Shown: positions 27,258 through 40,189 of the stretch, one piece after another
How positions within the stretch are numbered: position 1 is the first letter of the stretch
How the letters are laid out: the number at the start of each line of letters is the position of its first letter
Origin: Eledone cirrhosa
Taxonomy: Eukaryota
DNA: 64,000 nt
Assembly (NCBI GenBank): GCA_964016885.1
Contig: OZ024743.1
Coordinates: 54,436,001-54,500,000, forward strand
Direction of reading: 5' to 3'
Notes under the pieces: model-generated
Databases searched by the model: none
What the model was told of the DNA's origin: nothing
Seen by the model: only the letters and a program-made list of their open reading frames with translations
Translations under genes and position numbers: made by a program

Positions 27258-28472
27258 GAAGGAAATGTGGTAAGGAACCAGGTGGACCATAACGCACCAA
27301 AGTACACAATACTTAGGGTAGTAGAGTGGGTAATAGGAATGAGTAGGACCCCGACGGCTGAGCTCAAGCCGTTTCGACGGCTAATTCTGGACTAAATGAA
27401 CATTTTTATCCTGGTATATGAATAGCCGAGCTTCTCAGGAGGTAATTCCATATATGGTAAAAGTGATTGATAGAATTGGCCGACTCCGCTTTTTATAGCA
27501 GATGTGATAGACCCTGGATACTTGCTTTCTTATCCGATGGCTGCCCCTTTTCCGTGCTTTCTGCAGTTCTTAGTGGTATCTTTGCTTTAATTTCTCGTAT
27601 ATCAGTATTTATTTTTTTGCGGGGGGGGGGGGGGGGGGATTCTGAATTCATTTTCCGTATCAAATTTTTCATATATTTCGTACGAGCATTTATGTAGTTT
27701 GCACTAGAATTTTTGTATTGTAGCGGCACCCGTAGAGATAGTATTAGTATTCTTTTTCGGGATTCTGAATGATTATTTCGTATTAGTTTATTTTTTGCAC
27801 TGGGTGGTTGCTGGCCTTGTGCCTGGGGTGGAAACGGTTATTTCGTATTAGTCTCGGGACTCTGAATTGTTATTTCGTGGTAGTTTCTTTAGTATTTTGG
27901 CCCCCCCCCCAACTTGTTGACCCGTCACCGTAAGATATACTCGGTTGATTACTACTACCTCTTAAAAGGGTCTCATTATAATTCCGTCCCACCTAGTAAA
28001 TTTTTCTATAGTCTAGCAGTACCAGTGAGAGACCTTATGGCTGTCCTTAGGGAATAGTAACCAGAAATTTTTTTTTTATATTTAATTGTTTTTTTAATAT
28101 TCTCGGTATTTTTCTATATATTTACCCAATATTGTTTTACTTGTTTCGACTTCCTCCCCCTCCCCCTCCCTAGTTTACTTCCTTGAACTCCTGTCCTGCT
28201 ATCAACGCACGACTGGGTTTCCTCCACCCCCTCTCCCTCTTTCTTCTACTGGCAGGTTCAGCTACCCCTTCCTTCCACAAATTGCTATGATAGAATTATG
28301 TGTCACAACAACAAACTTTTGACCAATCCTTGTGACACTCACTTTTACCATATATGGAATTACCCCCTGAGAAGCTTGGCTATTCATATACCAGGATAAA
28401 AATGTTCATTTAGTCCAGAATTAGCCGTCGAAACGGCTTGAGCTCAGCCGTCAGGGTCCTACTCATTCCTAT
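27258..28472 (-). mobile_element. 1.2-kb non-coding HHR-family-B element with ~135-bp inverted terminal segments, flanked by (TA)n
   Basis: 27333-27466 is the near-exact inverse of 28339-28472; HHR-like fold in both; no credible ORF. Confidence 0.75.
28362..28457 (+). ncRNA. Hammerhead-like fold with variant core (CUGAGAA) and long palindromic stem III
   Basis: acccc-CTGAGAA-g..ggcta/..../tagccgtc-GAAA-cggcttgagctcagccg-TC-agggt; mirror copy on minus strand ~27347-27442. Confidence 0.55.
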
Positions 28473-28489
28473 ATATATATATATATACA

Positions 28490-28551
<62 letters not shown>

Positions 28552-28825
28552 TATATATACAGAGCATTTGATGTTATTCCAAATTGAAGGATAAGTGTTT
28601 CAAACTTTATTTTATCATGAGTTAAAGGTCTATAGATTTTCCCTGGATTTTACTAAATTCTGTGGATGAATTTATATCCTGATTCTCTTTTGAGATGAGT
28701 TTGAGTTATTTTTCCTAAATCTTTCGTTAACTACTTTTCCCATCTTGACGTTATAGTCGCATATATGTTATAGAATGCCGTTAGCTTCTTGCTAAAACAA
28801 TCTCTATACCTCTCATTTATATACA

Positions 28826-28914
<89 letters not shown>

Positions 28915-28934
28915 TATATACATATATATGACGG

Positions 28935-29380
28935 AGTCAATAAGATAAAGTACCAGTAACATATGGAGTGTCAATTTAATCGACTTTCCCCGCACACAAA
29001 ATTGTTGACCTTGTGCCTAAATCAAAAACCGTTATTAACATTGACAGGATCGTTAGGGTGTTAGTTAAATGCTTTGCACTATTTGTGTCGATACTTTATG
29101 ATGAGAGTGTAAATCCCATCGAGGCCAATAAAATAATGTACCAGTTATGTACTTGTTCGATCTATCCGACTCAACGCACCTTCAAAGAATTGCTGGTCTT
29201 GTGCTTCAATAAGAAATAATTTGTATTATTGTAATGCAGGATATTATATATTCGTGGTCTGAGTTCAAATCCCGCCGAGGTTGACTTTGCTTTTCATCCT
29301 TACGGGGTCTATAAAATAAAGTACCAGTAATGCACTGGAATAATTAATGGCTTTGTGCCAAAAGTAGAAACAATTATATA
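28935..29380 (+). mobile_element. Cluster of partial SINE family 1 copies
   Basis: Repeated AAGTACCAGT..CCTTGTGCC tails; intact core 29258-29378. Confidence 0.8.
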
Positions 29381-29699
29381 TTCGTGGTGGTGTACAGAGC
29401 TAGTTGCTGTTATTTTGTCCGGGGTTAGTTAATATAGAGTTGAACATTGATACAAAATCATTCTAGTCGGGACCACCAGTCTTTCCTGGGTGAGTATGAG
29501 AGTAGACATCACAGATATGATTTGGTTGCTATTTCTAACAGGTCGAATAATCATGTAGAAGCTCCCTCATTGACATGGCTGGGGGTGATGATATGTTGTG
29601 GTAGTGTTCTCGTGATATTGTTGGTGTGCTCGTGGTCGTGTATGATTGAGCATGGGTGTTGTGATTGTTTAACCATAGGTCAATCGACATCGAACAGGT

Positions 29700-30043
29700 G
29701 ATGGTGATGATGATTGTGGTGGTGGTGGTGGTGTTGGTGGTGGTGTTTGTATAGGGGTTAAATGTGTGATCATAGTTATATATATATTAAAAATTAATAA
29801 GCGGGGGGGGGGGAGTTATTCGAGACCCGAGAGTGCATTACTTAGACTTCGATTCCATTGGAGTTGCAGCTAAGGTGGCGGTTGTAGTACTTTCGGTACT
29901 GATGTTGGTGGTGATTGTTGTTGGACATGGTGTTGGCGGTGGTATAGATGGTGGTGGTGTAGGTGATAGGTTATATATATATATATGGTGGTGGTGGTGA
30001 AGGTGATAGGTTATATATATATGGTGGTGGTGTAGGTGATAGG

Positions 30044-30093
<50 letters not shown>

Positions 30094-31331
30094 TATTGGT
30101 GGTGGTGGTGTAGGTGATAGGTTATATATATGGTGGTGGTGGTGGTGGTGTAGGTGATAGGTTATATATATGGTGGTGGTGGTGGTGTAGGTGATAGGTT
30201 ATATATATGGTGGGGGTGGTGGTGGTGTAGGTGATAGGTTATATATATGGTGGTGGTGTAAGTTGAGCTAGTATATGTGGATCGTGCTGTCGGTCGTGGT
30301 GGTGGTGCTGCTGCTGCTTGTGGAGATGGTGCTGGTACTGGTGGTGGTGGGGTGGGGGTGGGGGTGGTTTTAATATTAATGGTGGTATGTTAATGTAGTC
30401 TGGTGGCCATGCTATATATACTAGTGGTGGGATGTAGTGGTGGAGGTACATAGAGTTGGTATGTAGTAACGGGACATGTATGTAGTCAGTGTGGTGGTGG
30501 TGGTGGTGGTGGTGGTGGTGGTGGTGATGGTGAATGGTGGTGGTGGTGGTAGTGCTGGTGGTAGTGGTGGTGTTAGTGGTGGTAGTACTGGTGGTGGTGG
30601 TGTGGTGGTGGTGGTAGTAACGGGACATGTATGTAGTCAGTGTGGTGGTATGTAATAGTGAGAGTGGTGGGGCTGCTATTAAGTCGGTGGTGGCGGTGAG
30701 GAGTAGTCAGTATAGTGGTAATTTGTCAATGTGGCGGTGTTATGAAGTGTTGGTGGTGGTGGTGGTGGCGGTGGTGTTGGTGGTGGCGGCGGTAGTGGTA
30801 GTGGTAGTGCTGGTGGTGGTGGTGTTGGTAGTGCTGTTGTTGTTGTTGGTGGTGGTGCTGGTGGTGGTGCTGGTGGTGGGGGTGAGGGTGATGGTAAATG
30901 GTGGTGGTGGTGGTAGTGGTGCTGGTGCCGGTGGTGGGGGTCGTGGTGGTGATGGTGAATGGTGCTGGTGGTGGTAGTGGTGGTGGTAGTGGTGGTGGTA
31001 GTGGTGGTAGTGCTGGTGGTGGTGGTGGTGGTGCTAGTACCAGTGGTGGTGGTGGTGGTGGTGCTGGTGCTGGTGTTGGGGGTCGTGGTGGTGATGGTGA
31101 ACGGTGGTGGTGGTGGTAGTGGTGGTGGTGGTGGTAGTGGTGGTGGTAGTACTGGTGGTGCTGGTGGTGCTGGTGGTGGTAGTACTGGTGGTGGTGGTGG
31201 TGGTGGTGGTGGTGATGGTGAATGGTGGTGGTGGTGGTAGTGGTGGTGGTAGTGGTGGTGGTAGTGGTGGTAGTACTGGTGGTGGTGTGGTGGTGGTGTG
31301 GTGGTGGTGGTGGTGGTAGTGGTGGTGGTGG

Positions 31332-31362
<31 letters not shown>

Positions 31363-31720
31363 GGTGGTGGTGGTTGTGGTGGTGATGGTGAATGGTGGTG
31401 GTGATGGTAGTGCTGGTGGTAGTGGTGGTAGTACTGGTGGTGGTGGTGGTGGCAGTACTGGTGGTGGTGGTGGTGGTGGTAGTACTGGTGGTGCTGGTGG
31501 TGGTGGTAGTACTGGTGGTGCTGGTGCTGGTGGTGGGGGTCGTGGTGGAGATGGTGAATTGTGGTGGTGGTACTGCTGGTGGTAATGGTCGTAGTGGCAT
31601 GTAGTAGTAGTAGTGACGGTGGCATTACTGGTGGTGGTAGTGGTGCTGGTGGTGCTGGTGATAGTGGTGATGGCAGTGGTGGTAGTGGTGGTGGTGGTGG
31701 CATGTAGTAGTAGTAGTGAC
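29700..31720. repeat. (GGT)n-rich low-complexity array, including a GGTGTAGGTGATAGGTTATATATAT minisatellite at 29950-30260
   Basis: Direct reading. Confidence 0.95.
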
Positions 31721-32154
31721 GGTAGGGGTTTGTCGTAGAAGTGATGTTTGTAATATGTAGTCAGCGTGAGGATGTCGTTTAACATCTCACACACGCACAT
31801 ACATACACTTTCTCTCACACACACACACACGTACACATACATACGCACCTCTGTATAAAGGGGTACAACTGGTTGTTGTTGTTACTATTACTGTGGTAGC
31901 ACCTAATTGTCTGTGTCATGTTAATGTGCTCACTACATACGATCGTGTCACACACAATCTAGAAATTATCGTGTCACACACAATCTACAGGATCTGTCAA
32001 CACATGAAATGGATCGGTAAACAAAGAATAAACTAAAAAATACAAGCAAATGTCTAAGTAAAACATCATCATCATCATATCAATAAGAAAGGGGGGGGGG
32101 GGGAGAAGTGGAAAGAGAGAGAGAGAGAGTGAGAGCGAAAGAGAAGCAAACTAG

Positions 32155-33200
32155 AACTAGTTTAATAGTGTAGTTTAATACAGTGTAAATTACTACAGTA
32201 TTGTTTAATGGGTGTAATACAGTGTAGTTTAATACAGTGTAAATTACTACAGTATTGTTTAATGGAGTGTAATACGGTGTAGTTTAATACAGTGTAGATT
32301 AATACATTATTGTTTAATGGGGTGTAATACAGTGTAGGTTAATACAGTGTAGATTAATACAGTATTGTTTAATGGGTGTAATACAGTGTAGGTTAATACA
32401 GTATTGTTTAATGGGGTGTAATACAGTATTGTTTAATGTGGTGTAACACAGTGTAGTTTAATACAGTGTAGATTAATACAGTATTGTTTAATGCGGTGTA
32501 ATACAGTGTAGTTTAATACAGTGTAGATTAATACAGTATTGTTTAATGGGGTGTAATGCAGTGTAGTTTAACACAGTGTAAATTAATACAGTATTGTTTA
32601 ATGGGGTGTAATACAGTGTAGATTAGTACATTATTGTTTAATGGTGTGTAATACGTTGTAGTTTAATACAGTGCAGATGACTACAGTATTGTTTAATGGG
32701 GTGTAATGCAGTGTAGTTTAACACAGTGTGAATTAATACAGTATTGTTTAATGGGGTGTAATACAGTGTAGATTAATACATTATTGTTTAATCGGGTGTG
32801 ATACAATGTAGTTTAATACAGTGTAGATTACTACATTATTTCTTAATGGGGTGTAATACAGTGTAGTTTAATACAGTGTAGGTTAATACAGTATTGTTTA
32901 ATGGAGTGTAATACAGTGTAGATTGATACAGTATTGTTTAATGGGGTGTAATACAGTGTAGTTTAATACAGTGTAGTTTAATATAGTATTGATTGATAGT
33001 GATGTATAATATATTGTACTATAGAATACTACAGTGTACAAAAGTGTACTGCAGTGTACGTGTACTAATATTTTATACATTCAAGCTTGATACAGTGTAC
33101 TGTAGTGTAATACAGTGTACTACAGTGTAGGTGCACTGAAGTTTAATACTGTGTAGCTTGACAGTGATGTATAATACAGTGTATTATAGTGCACTACAGT
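32155..33200. repeat. ~50-bp minisatellite built from TAATACAGTGTAG subunits; decayed continuation to ~34720
   Basis: Repeated gtgtaatacagtgtagtttaatacagtgtagattaatacagtattgtttaatggg. Confidence 0.9.
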
Positions 33201-33500
33201 GTCTGAAGTATCTAGTCTAAAGTCTGTCTCAAGCCAGGAGGTTCGTCAGGCCGGTGCTTATCTCAATTTCGTGGCGTGAAGCGACTGAATGTACAAGGCT
33301 ATCCCATGGAAAGGTTGCCAGTCAAGCACAAGGTTAAACTCCCAGCTATTGCCGATACTCATTTTCAGTTGAGTATACTGGAGCAACGTGGAATGAAGTG
33401 TTTCGCTCAAGAACAGAACGCACCACCCAGCCCAGGAAATCTACCCACGACATTATGATCGTAAGTCCAACAGCTTTACCACTAGGCCACACATCTCCAC
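33200..33500 (-). mobile_element. SINE family 2
   Basis: Minus-strand GTGTGGCCTAGTGGTAAAG A-box; TTCTTGAGCGAAACACTTCATTCCAC core. Confidence 0.75.
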
Positions 33501-34359
33501 GTACTACACTTACTACAGTGTAGGTGTACTAAAATTTAATAAAGTGTAGCTTGATAGTGACGTATAATACAGCGTAATAAAGTGTAAGTGTACTGTAGTA
33601 CACAAAATATTGTAGCGTAATGCAATACAATGCACTGTAATGTAATTGTAAGGTGTTGTAGTATAGTTTAATACTGAGTTAAGTATAGTATAGATTATAA
33701 TGCACAATAGTGCATGCAATACATTGAACTATGTTAGAGCACACCATACAATAGTTTAATACAATCTTAACTATAATAAAGGAAGGAGTGCGGGACTGCG
33801 TCCAGAATATATTTTTTTACCCCATTTGGATTAAAGATTCACTTCTTTAAAATTTTCAAATGTCAACACTTCCGGTTATATTATAACACTTATAAAAACA
33901 TCGCTTATATTTCCGTCGCTAATTTTCTCCAAATGCAGTTTATATATAATATCGTCTTTTTTAAATGTATCATAGATTACTTTACTGATTACAGAAATGA
34001 GTGTAACACAGTCTCTCTTCAATTTCTGTGTACTATATATAGGGTAATATATTACAATTGGCTGCAGTTAGTTTAATACTGTACTAGAATATAGCAGAAT
34101 ATAAGGTATTCTAGAGTATGTACTAGAATGTAATGTATAGTGTGCTATAGTATAATAGCCAACAATATTTTGGATGTAGTCTAGTTTAATACTGTAGTAA
34201 CATGTAGTTAGTATACAGTGTACTGTATAGTAATGTAATATAAAATAGTTAAATAAAATGTAGTTTAATACAGTGTATTATAGTGTTGCAGTTTAGTTTA
34301 ATGTTGTACTGAAATGTATCATAGCAGAATATAATGCATTCTAGTGTAATGCACTAGAG

Positions 34360-34505
34360 CAGGCATAGGCAAGTTTTTTTGAGCAGTGGGCTGCAGAGGA
34401 TGTGGGTCATCCGAAGGCGGGCCGCACTACTGAAGAATTCAAGGCAATTTTGAAATTAGGCGTGCCATTCAGAAATATGAACGGGCCGCGGTGTGCTCCT
34501 GCCTG
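34360..34505. mobile_element. hAT (Charlie-like) MITE
   Basis: CAGGCATAGGCA..TGCTCCTGCCTG termini; imperfect 8-bp TSD cactagag/tactagat. Confidence 0.6.
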
Positions 34506-34968
34506 TACTAGATTGTAATGTATATTATACTATAGTATCATATCCAGCAATGTGTTAGATGTAGTGTAGTTTAATATTGCATTAAAGTATAGTATATTAT
34601 ACAGCGTACTCTAATGGTAAGAAACTCTCAGGAGAGAAGAAATCCCACTCTTGTAGTGTAGTTTAATATTGTACTAATGTGTAGTATATTATATAGTGTA
34701 CTGTATAATATACTATATATATATAGAATAACTATGAAGCTTGTTTCCTTCCTTCTACGGTTAGCTCTACTCTTTGTTGTTATCCTGTCTCACTCGCTTT
34801 ACGCGTTTTAATTGTCCTAATAACTTAATTTAGTTATTATTGCACCGACGTGAGGTATATGATTTTTAATGCAATGAAATATCTATGATCGTCGGCAAAT
34901 CACTGATGAGGGACTTATTTTATTACATGTTATCCATGTGCTACCAGCAGTATTTTTCTCCCCATTTT

Positions 34969-35021
<53 letters not shown>

Positions 35022-35090
35022 TATGAAGAGAGAAGAAACATTTAGATATAATTAGTAATAAAATGTATCATACCTAAACTGTTCCTAAAT

Positions 35091-35178
35091 TCCTCGACTA
35101 CGTAGTTTCGTGGCATAAACAAAAACAATATATCAAAGATATAGAGTCCTTGCGAGGTCTGCCGACTTATCAAGAGGA
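35091..35178 (-). ncRNA. Hammerhead ribozyme, U3-A8 core variant
   Basis: tcctc-TTGATAA-gtcggca/long loop/tgccac-GAAA-ctacgtag-TC-gagga. Confidence 0.75.
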
Positions 35179-35681
35179 TACCTCATTTTACTAGTCTCAA
35201 GAACGCGTCTATACGACGTGAGAAAAAATCCCAAAAGGCGGAGGGGGAGATAGTCACGCGATATAACGGTCGAGAAACAGAGCTAAGCCTCTTATAACCA
35301 CGAAGAAAATACCACGGAGGCGGAGGGGGTATTCATATCGAGGCCGTAGAAGAGGTAGTGAAGAAGGCGAGAAGTATGAGTAATGGAAGCTTTCCAGTTG
35401 TCCCCACACCTCAAAGATTGCTCGACCAGAGGGAGTTATTAATATATTTAGAAACACACAGATACATGCGGACGCACACATATATACATGAACGCATCCG
35501 CACCCAACTGTGAGTTAAGGGTGCCAACTTCACCGATGTTGCTCAATGAATGACTGGGACAGACCAATTCAGTTTGAACCAGACTGAACCAGTATCAGAG
35601 TTAAAAATACATTATGAAGAGAGAAGAAACATTTAGATATAATTAGTAATAAAATGTATCATACCTAAACTGTTCCTAAAT

Positions 35682-35769
35682 TCCTCGACTACGTAGTTTC
35701 GTGGCATAAACAAAAACAATATATCAAAGATATAGAGTCCTTGCGAGGTCTGCCGACTTATCAAGAGGA
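35682..35769 (-). ncRNA. Hammerhead ribozyme, U3-A8 core variant (second copy)
   Basis: Identical to 35091-35178. Confidence 0.75.
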
Positions 35770-36102
35770 TACCTCATTTTACTAGTCTCAAGAACGCGTC
35801 TATACGACGTGAGAAAAAATCCCAAAAGGCGGAGGGGGAGATAGTCACGCGATATAACGGTCGAGAAACAGAGCTAAGCCTCTTATAACCACGAAGAAAA
35901 TACCACGGAGGCGGAGGGGGTATTCATATCGAGGCCGTAGAAGAGGTAGTGAAGAAGGCGAGAAGTATGAGTAATGGAAGCTTTCCAGTTGTCCCCACAC
36001 CTCAAAGATTGCTCGACCAGAGGGAGTTATTAATATATTTAGAAACACACAGATACATGCGGACGCACACATATATACATGAACGCATCCGCACCCAACT
36101 GT

Positions 36103-36211
<109 letters not shown>

Positions 36212-36433
36212 TATTAGATATAGTATATTAATATATATATATATTAGATATAGTATATAGTATATTAGATATAGTATATTAATATATATATATATTAGAA
36301 AGTGAGGGTTTTTTTACAAAATGAAAAATAACCGAGGTGTCCTTCACGAGTGAAAGTAGAAAGAAAAAGAGATGAAATCGAAAATGCAACTGGAGTCTTA
36401 TTTTTTTTAAAATATATATATATTTATTTGGTT

Positions 36434-36471
36434 CCTTTACCGGTTTCGCAGTTCTTCTGCTTATCAAAAGG
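36434..36471 (-). ncRNA. Minimal hammerhead ribozyme, U3-A8 core variant
   Basis: cctt-TTGATAA-gcag/aagaa/ctgc-GAAA-ccgg-TA-aagg; all stems perfect. Confidence 0.85.
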
Positions 36472-36779
36472 TGAGTTGAGATGGAGGGTCTGTGGTTTTT
36501 CTCACATGTGAGAAAAACCACAGATCCTCCATCTCAGAAAACCACCCGGTGGGCGGTTTTCTGCTAGCAAATCTAGTGTATATACTGATATTGTTGAGAT
36601 TTGGATGAGAAATGTTTTCGGCACCACATGTTCACCGTCTCTCGGTGTGTCTTTTATGCATGTATAAATATATATGTTATCTATACAGTGAAATCTTTGA
36701 AATAAATAAATGTTAAAACGAAAAAGGAGAAGAAGAGATTAGTGACGGAAATATAAACGGAAATATAAACGGAAATATG

Positions 36780-36898
36780 AACTGAGTTCAAATCCCGCCG
36801 AGGTAGACTTTGCTTTTCATCCTTACGGGGTCGATAAAATAAAGTACCAGTAATGCACTGGGTATTTGCTGGCCTTGTGCCTAAAGTAGAAACAGTTA
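36780..36898 (+). mobile_element. 5'-truncated SINE family 1
   Basis: B-box + core + tail. Confidence 0.85.
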
Positions 36899-37604
36899 TG
36901 ATATAACGATGGAAATATATAAATGTTTATTATAAAACGATGGAAATAGAAACGTTTATATATAATGATAAGCCGAAACACTCGTAAGCGGGAACACTCG
37001 TAAGTCGAAACACTCGTAAAGCGAAACGTATAAATAAAGATTAATGTAATGAATTTGAAAAGCATAGAGATTTGAAACCGCGTCTATTTGTTTCCTTGGC
37101 ATTTTTTACAGACGGACAGACAGACAAACAAACAGAGAAATGCCCATTATATATTATAAGTAGACTTGGCATGGTGTCAAGTCAGAACCGCCTCGAACTG
37201 GTTACTTCTGGCTTGTGCAAGGTGTCTCTATAGCAGCCAACGATTCCCTCGGCCTCAGTGACCAAAGTCAGTGGAGAGGGGAAGGTAATGTTTCTATAGC
37301 GACAGTGTTTCTCTTGGTAGTACCAAAGTGGAGAAAGGAAGGGGAAGGTAATATTGCTGTAGCACGTGTTTTAGCGTCTATTCACTCTCTCTCTCTCCAT
37401 CTCTCCGTTCCGCTATCCCCCTCTCGTAGTCTGTCTCTTTCTTTCACTCTCACTCTCTCTCTACGCGTGTGCAAAAAACATTCGCACGCGCGCACGTATT
37501 TCCACTGTCGGACAGACAGACAGAGAAATTGCTGGTTATTTATATAAGTAGATGTACTAAAGTTTAGCATATAATACAATGCAGTGTAATACAATACTTT
37601 TGTC

Positions 37605-38332
37605 ACAGGACCAGCAATTTGAAGGGAAGGGGAAAGTCGATAATAAAGTTACTGGTATTTTATTTATCGACGCCGTAAGGATGAAAGGGAAAGCTAACCT
37701 CAGCGAGATGTGATCTCAGAGCGTAAATGGCCGTAACTATATGCCACAAAGCATGTTGTCCGATGTTCTACTGATTCCGCCAATTCCTCAGTCTGATAAT
37801 GATTTCTTGTTTAGGTACAAGGCCAACAAATTTGGTAGGAGGGTAAAGTCGCTTAAATCAACCCCTGTGTGTTACTGGTACTCTATTTTATCACCGCATA
37901 AGGATGAAAGCCAAAGCTAACTTCGGTGAGATTTTAACACAGAATTAAATGGTCGTAACTATATGGCGCAAAGCATGTTGTCCGACGCACTACCAATTCT
38001 GTTAATCTACCATCCTCAGCGTAATAATTGTTTCTACTTTTGGCACAAGACCAGCAATTATCCAGTGTATTACTGGTACTTTATTTTATCGACCCCGTAA
38101 GGATGAAAGACAAAGTTAACCTCGGATTTCTACTATAGGCACAAAGCCATCAATTATGCAGGGAGGGGAAAGTCGATTAAATCGACTCCAGTGTGGCACT
38201 GGTACTTTATTTTTTCTACCTCTTAAGGATGAAAGTCAAATCTAACCTCGACGGGATTTGATCTCAGACGTAACTAAATGCCGCAAAGCATGATGTCTGA
38301 CACTCTACCAATCCTGCTAATCTACCGGCCTT
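37605..38332 (-). mobile_element. Four tandem SINE family 1 copies
   Basis: Four reverse cores (..AAGGATGAAAG..AACCTCG). Confidence 0.88.
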
Positions 38333-38686
38333 ATTGTAATAATATAATGTAGTGTAGTGTAATATAATATCAGGAACAATGCACAGTGGTTTAATATAGT
38401 ATGGTGTTAATATATTATATAAGATAGTGCAGTGTTACAATTATGGTGTAAAGAAAAGGTGTGAGATAAACAGAAAAACATCAATAATATATGTACTGTT
38501 ATAAGAATGATTTCTTATGTGGGAAGAAATTTATAGTGAGAGTGAGGAATAGAGTATGTATGAGGGAGAGCGAGAGGGGGAACAGAAGGATAGACAGAGG
38601 GCGAACAGAGTGATAGAGAAACAACAAGTAGATTAAAAGATAGAAAGAGAATTAGAGTAATATATATATATATATATACACAGACA

Positions 38687-38775
<89 letters not shown>

Positions 38776-38799
38776 AGAGAGAGAGAGAAACATAGATAT

Positions 38800-39178
38800 G
38801 TTTCTTTATTAGCCACAGGGGCACAAAAGAAGGGGACAAATACAAAAGGGGGAAGTTTACATACAATAAAAACGTGTAAAATACTATCACAAATGCAATT
38901 TAAAAATTAATCGATTTTCCCTAATAGGGGGAGACATTTAAAATGGGTAACACATACCCCCGAAAAAATGTGCAACCCTCATCTCCAGGAGTAGGAAGAG
39001 TTTGTACCCCCTTCCTCTATTCCTCTGTTTCCTCAACCTACAAGCTGATATAGAGAGAACACCCATTCACTCGGGCCATTCTCCCCACTTTCACCCACCT
39101 TTCATAAAACTTGCTGGGGTACAGCACCTCTCTCTCCACCCTGATTCTTCTTCCAAAGTGGTATTTGAAAAAAAGAAT
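38800..39178 (-). mobile_element. L1/Tx1-like LINE 3' end
   Basis: Minus frame FFKYHFGRRIRVEREVLYPSKFYERWVKV..SL*, then pyrimidine-rich 3'UTR with AATAAA. Confidence 0.6.
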
Positions 39179-39209
39179 CACATACATATACACACACATA
39201 TATATACAC

Positions 39210-39316
<107 letters not shown>

Positions 39317-39465
39317 TAAATTTTAAATGAGTGGCTGGTCGGGGAACGGAGTTGTATCAGATTCCAGTTGCTAATCACTTTACTGTGTGGTCCGTCACAT
39401 ATGGTCATAGCCGGCATGGACTGGGGTTGAACTCTGTCGATCGATTGGTTATTGATTAGGCGATA

Positions 39466-39576
39466 CCCGCTGATGAACCGACATGCGCCGATTGTGCATT
39501 GATGCATAATACATGCAGTAATAGAGTGCAGTGCACTCAATTGCTGCATTAAGTGTGGCCGAAACTCGAGTCCGGG
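39466..39576 (+). ncRNA. Hammerhead ribozyme with long stem II insertion
   Basis: cccg-CTGATGA-(84 nt incl. hairpin atgcagtaat.gagtgca/tgcactc.attgctgcat)-GAAA-ctcgag-TC-cggg; base of stem II imperfect. Confidence 0.7.
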
Positions 39577-39699
39577 AACTAATATAGACACCCGTTTACG
39601 TATGTTGTGTTGAAGCGAATAACTATGTGTATACTCTGGAATGTATTCTACATTATCTATTGTTAAATACGCTGGGTCCGTCAACTTATTATTATGATT

Positions 39700-40067
<368 letters not shown>

Positions 40068-40068
40068 G

Positions 40069-40103
<35 letters not shown>

Positions 40104-40139
40104 TCACAGACACATATATATAAATATATATACATATAT

Positions 40140-40189
<50 letters not shown>

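Noticed and set aside
27493-27729. ORF inside the family-B element as an encoded protein
   Set aside because: Short, low complexity, spans a G homopolymer; no RT or endonuclease motif
30679-31848. 389-aa Pro/Thr/His-rich ORF resembling mucin/extensin/formin FH1
   Set aside because: All frames are open because of (CCA)n; no unique flanking domain
32155-33000. Regularly spaced repeats as a CRISPR array
   Set aside because: No unique spacers; eukaryotic minisatellite
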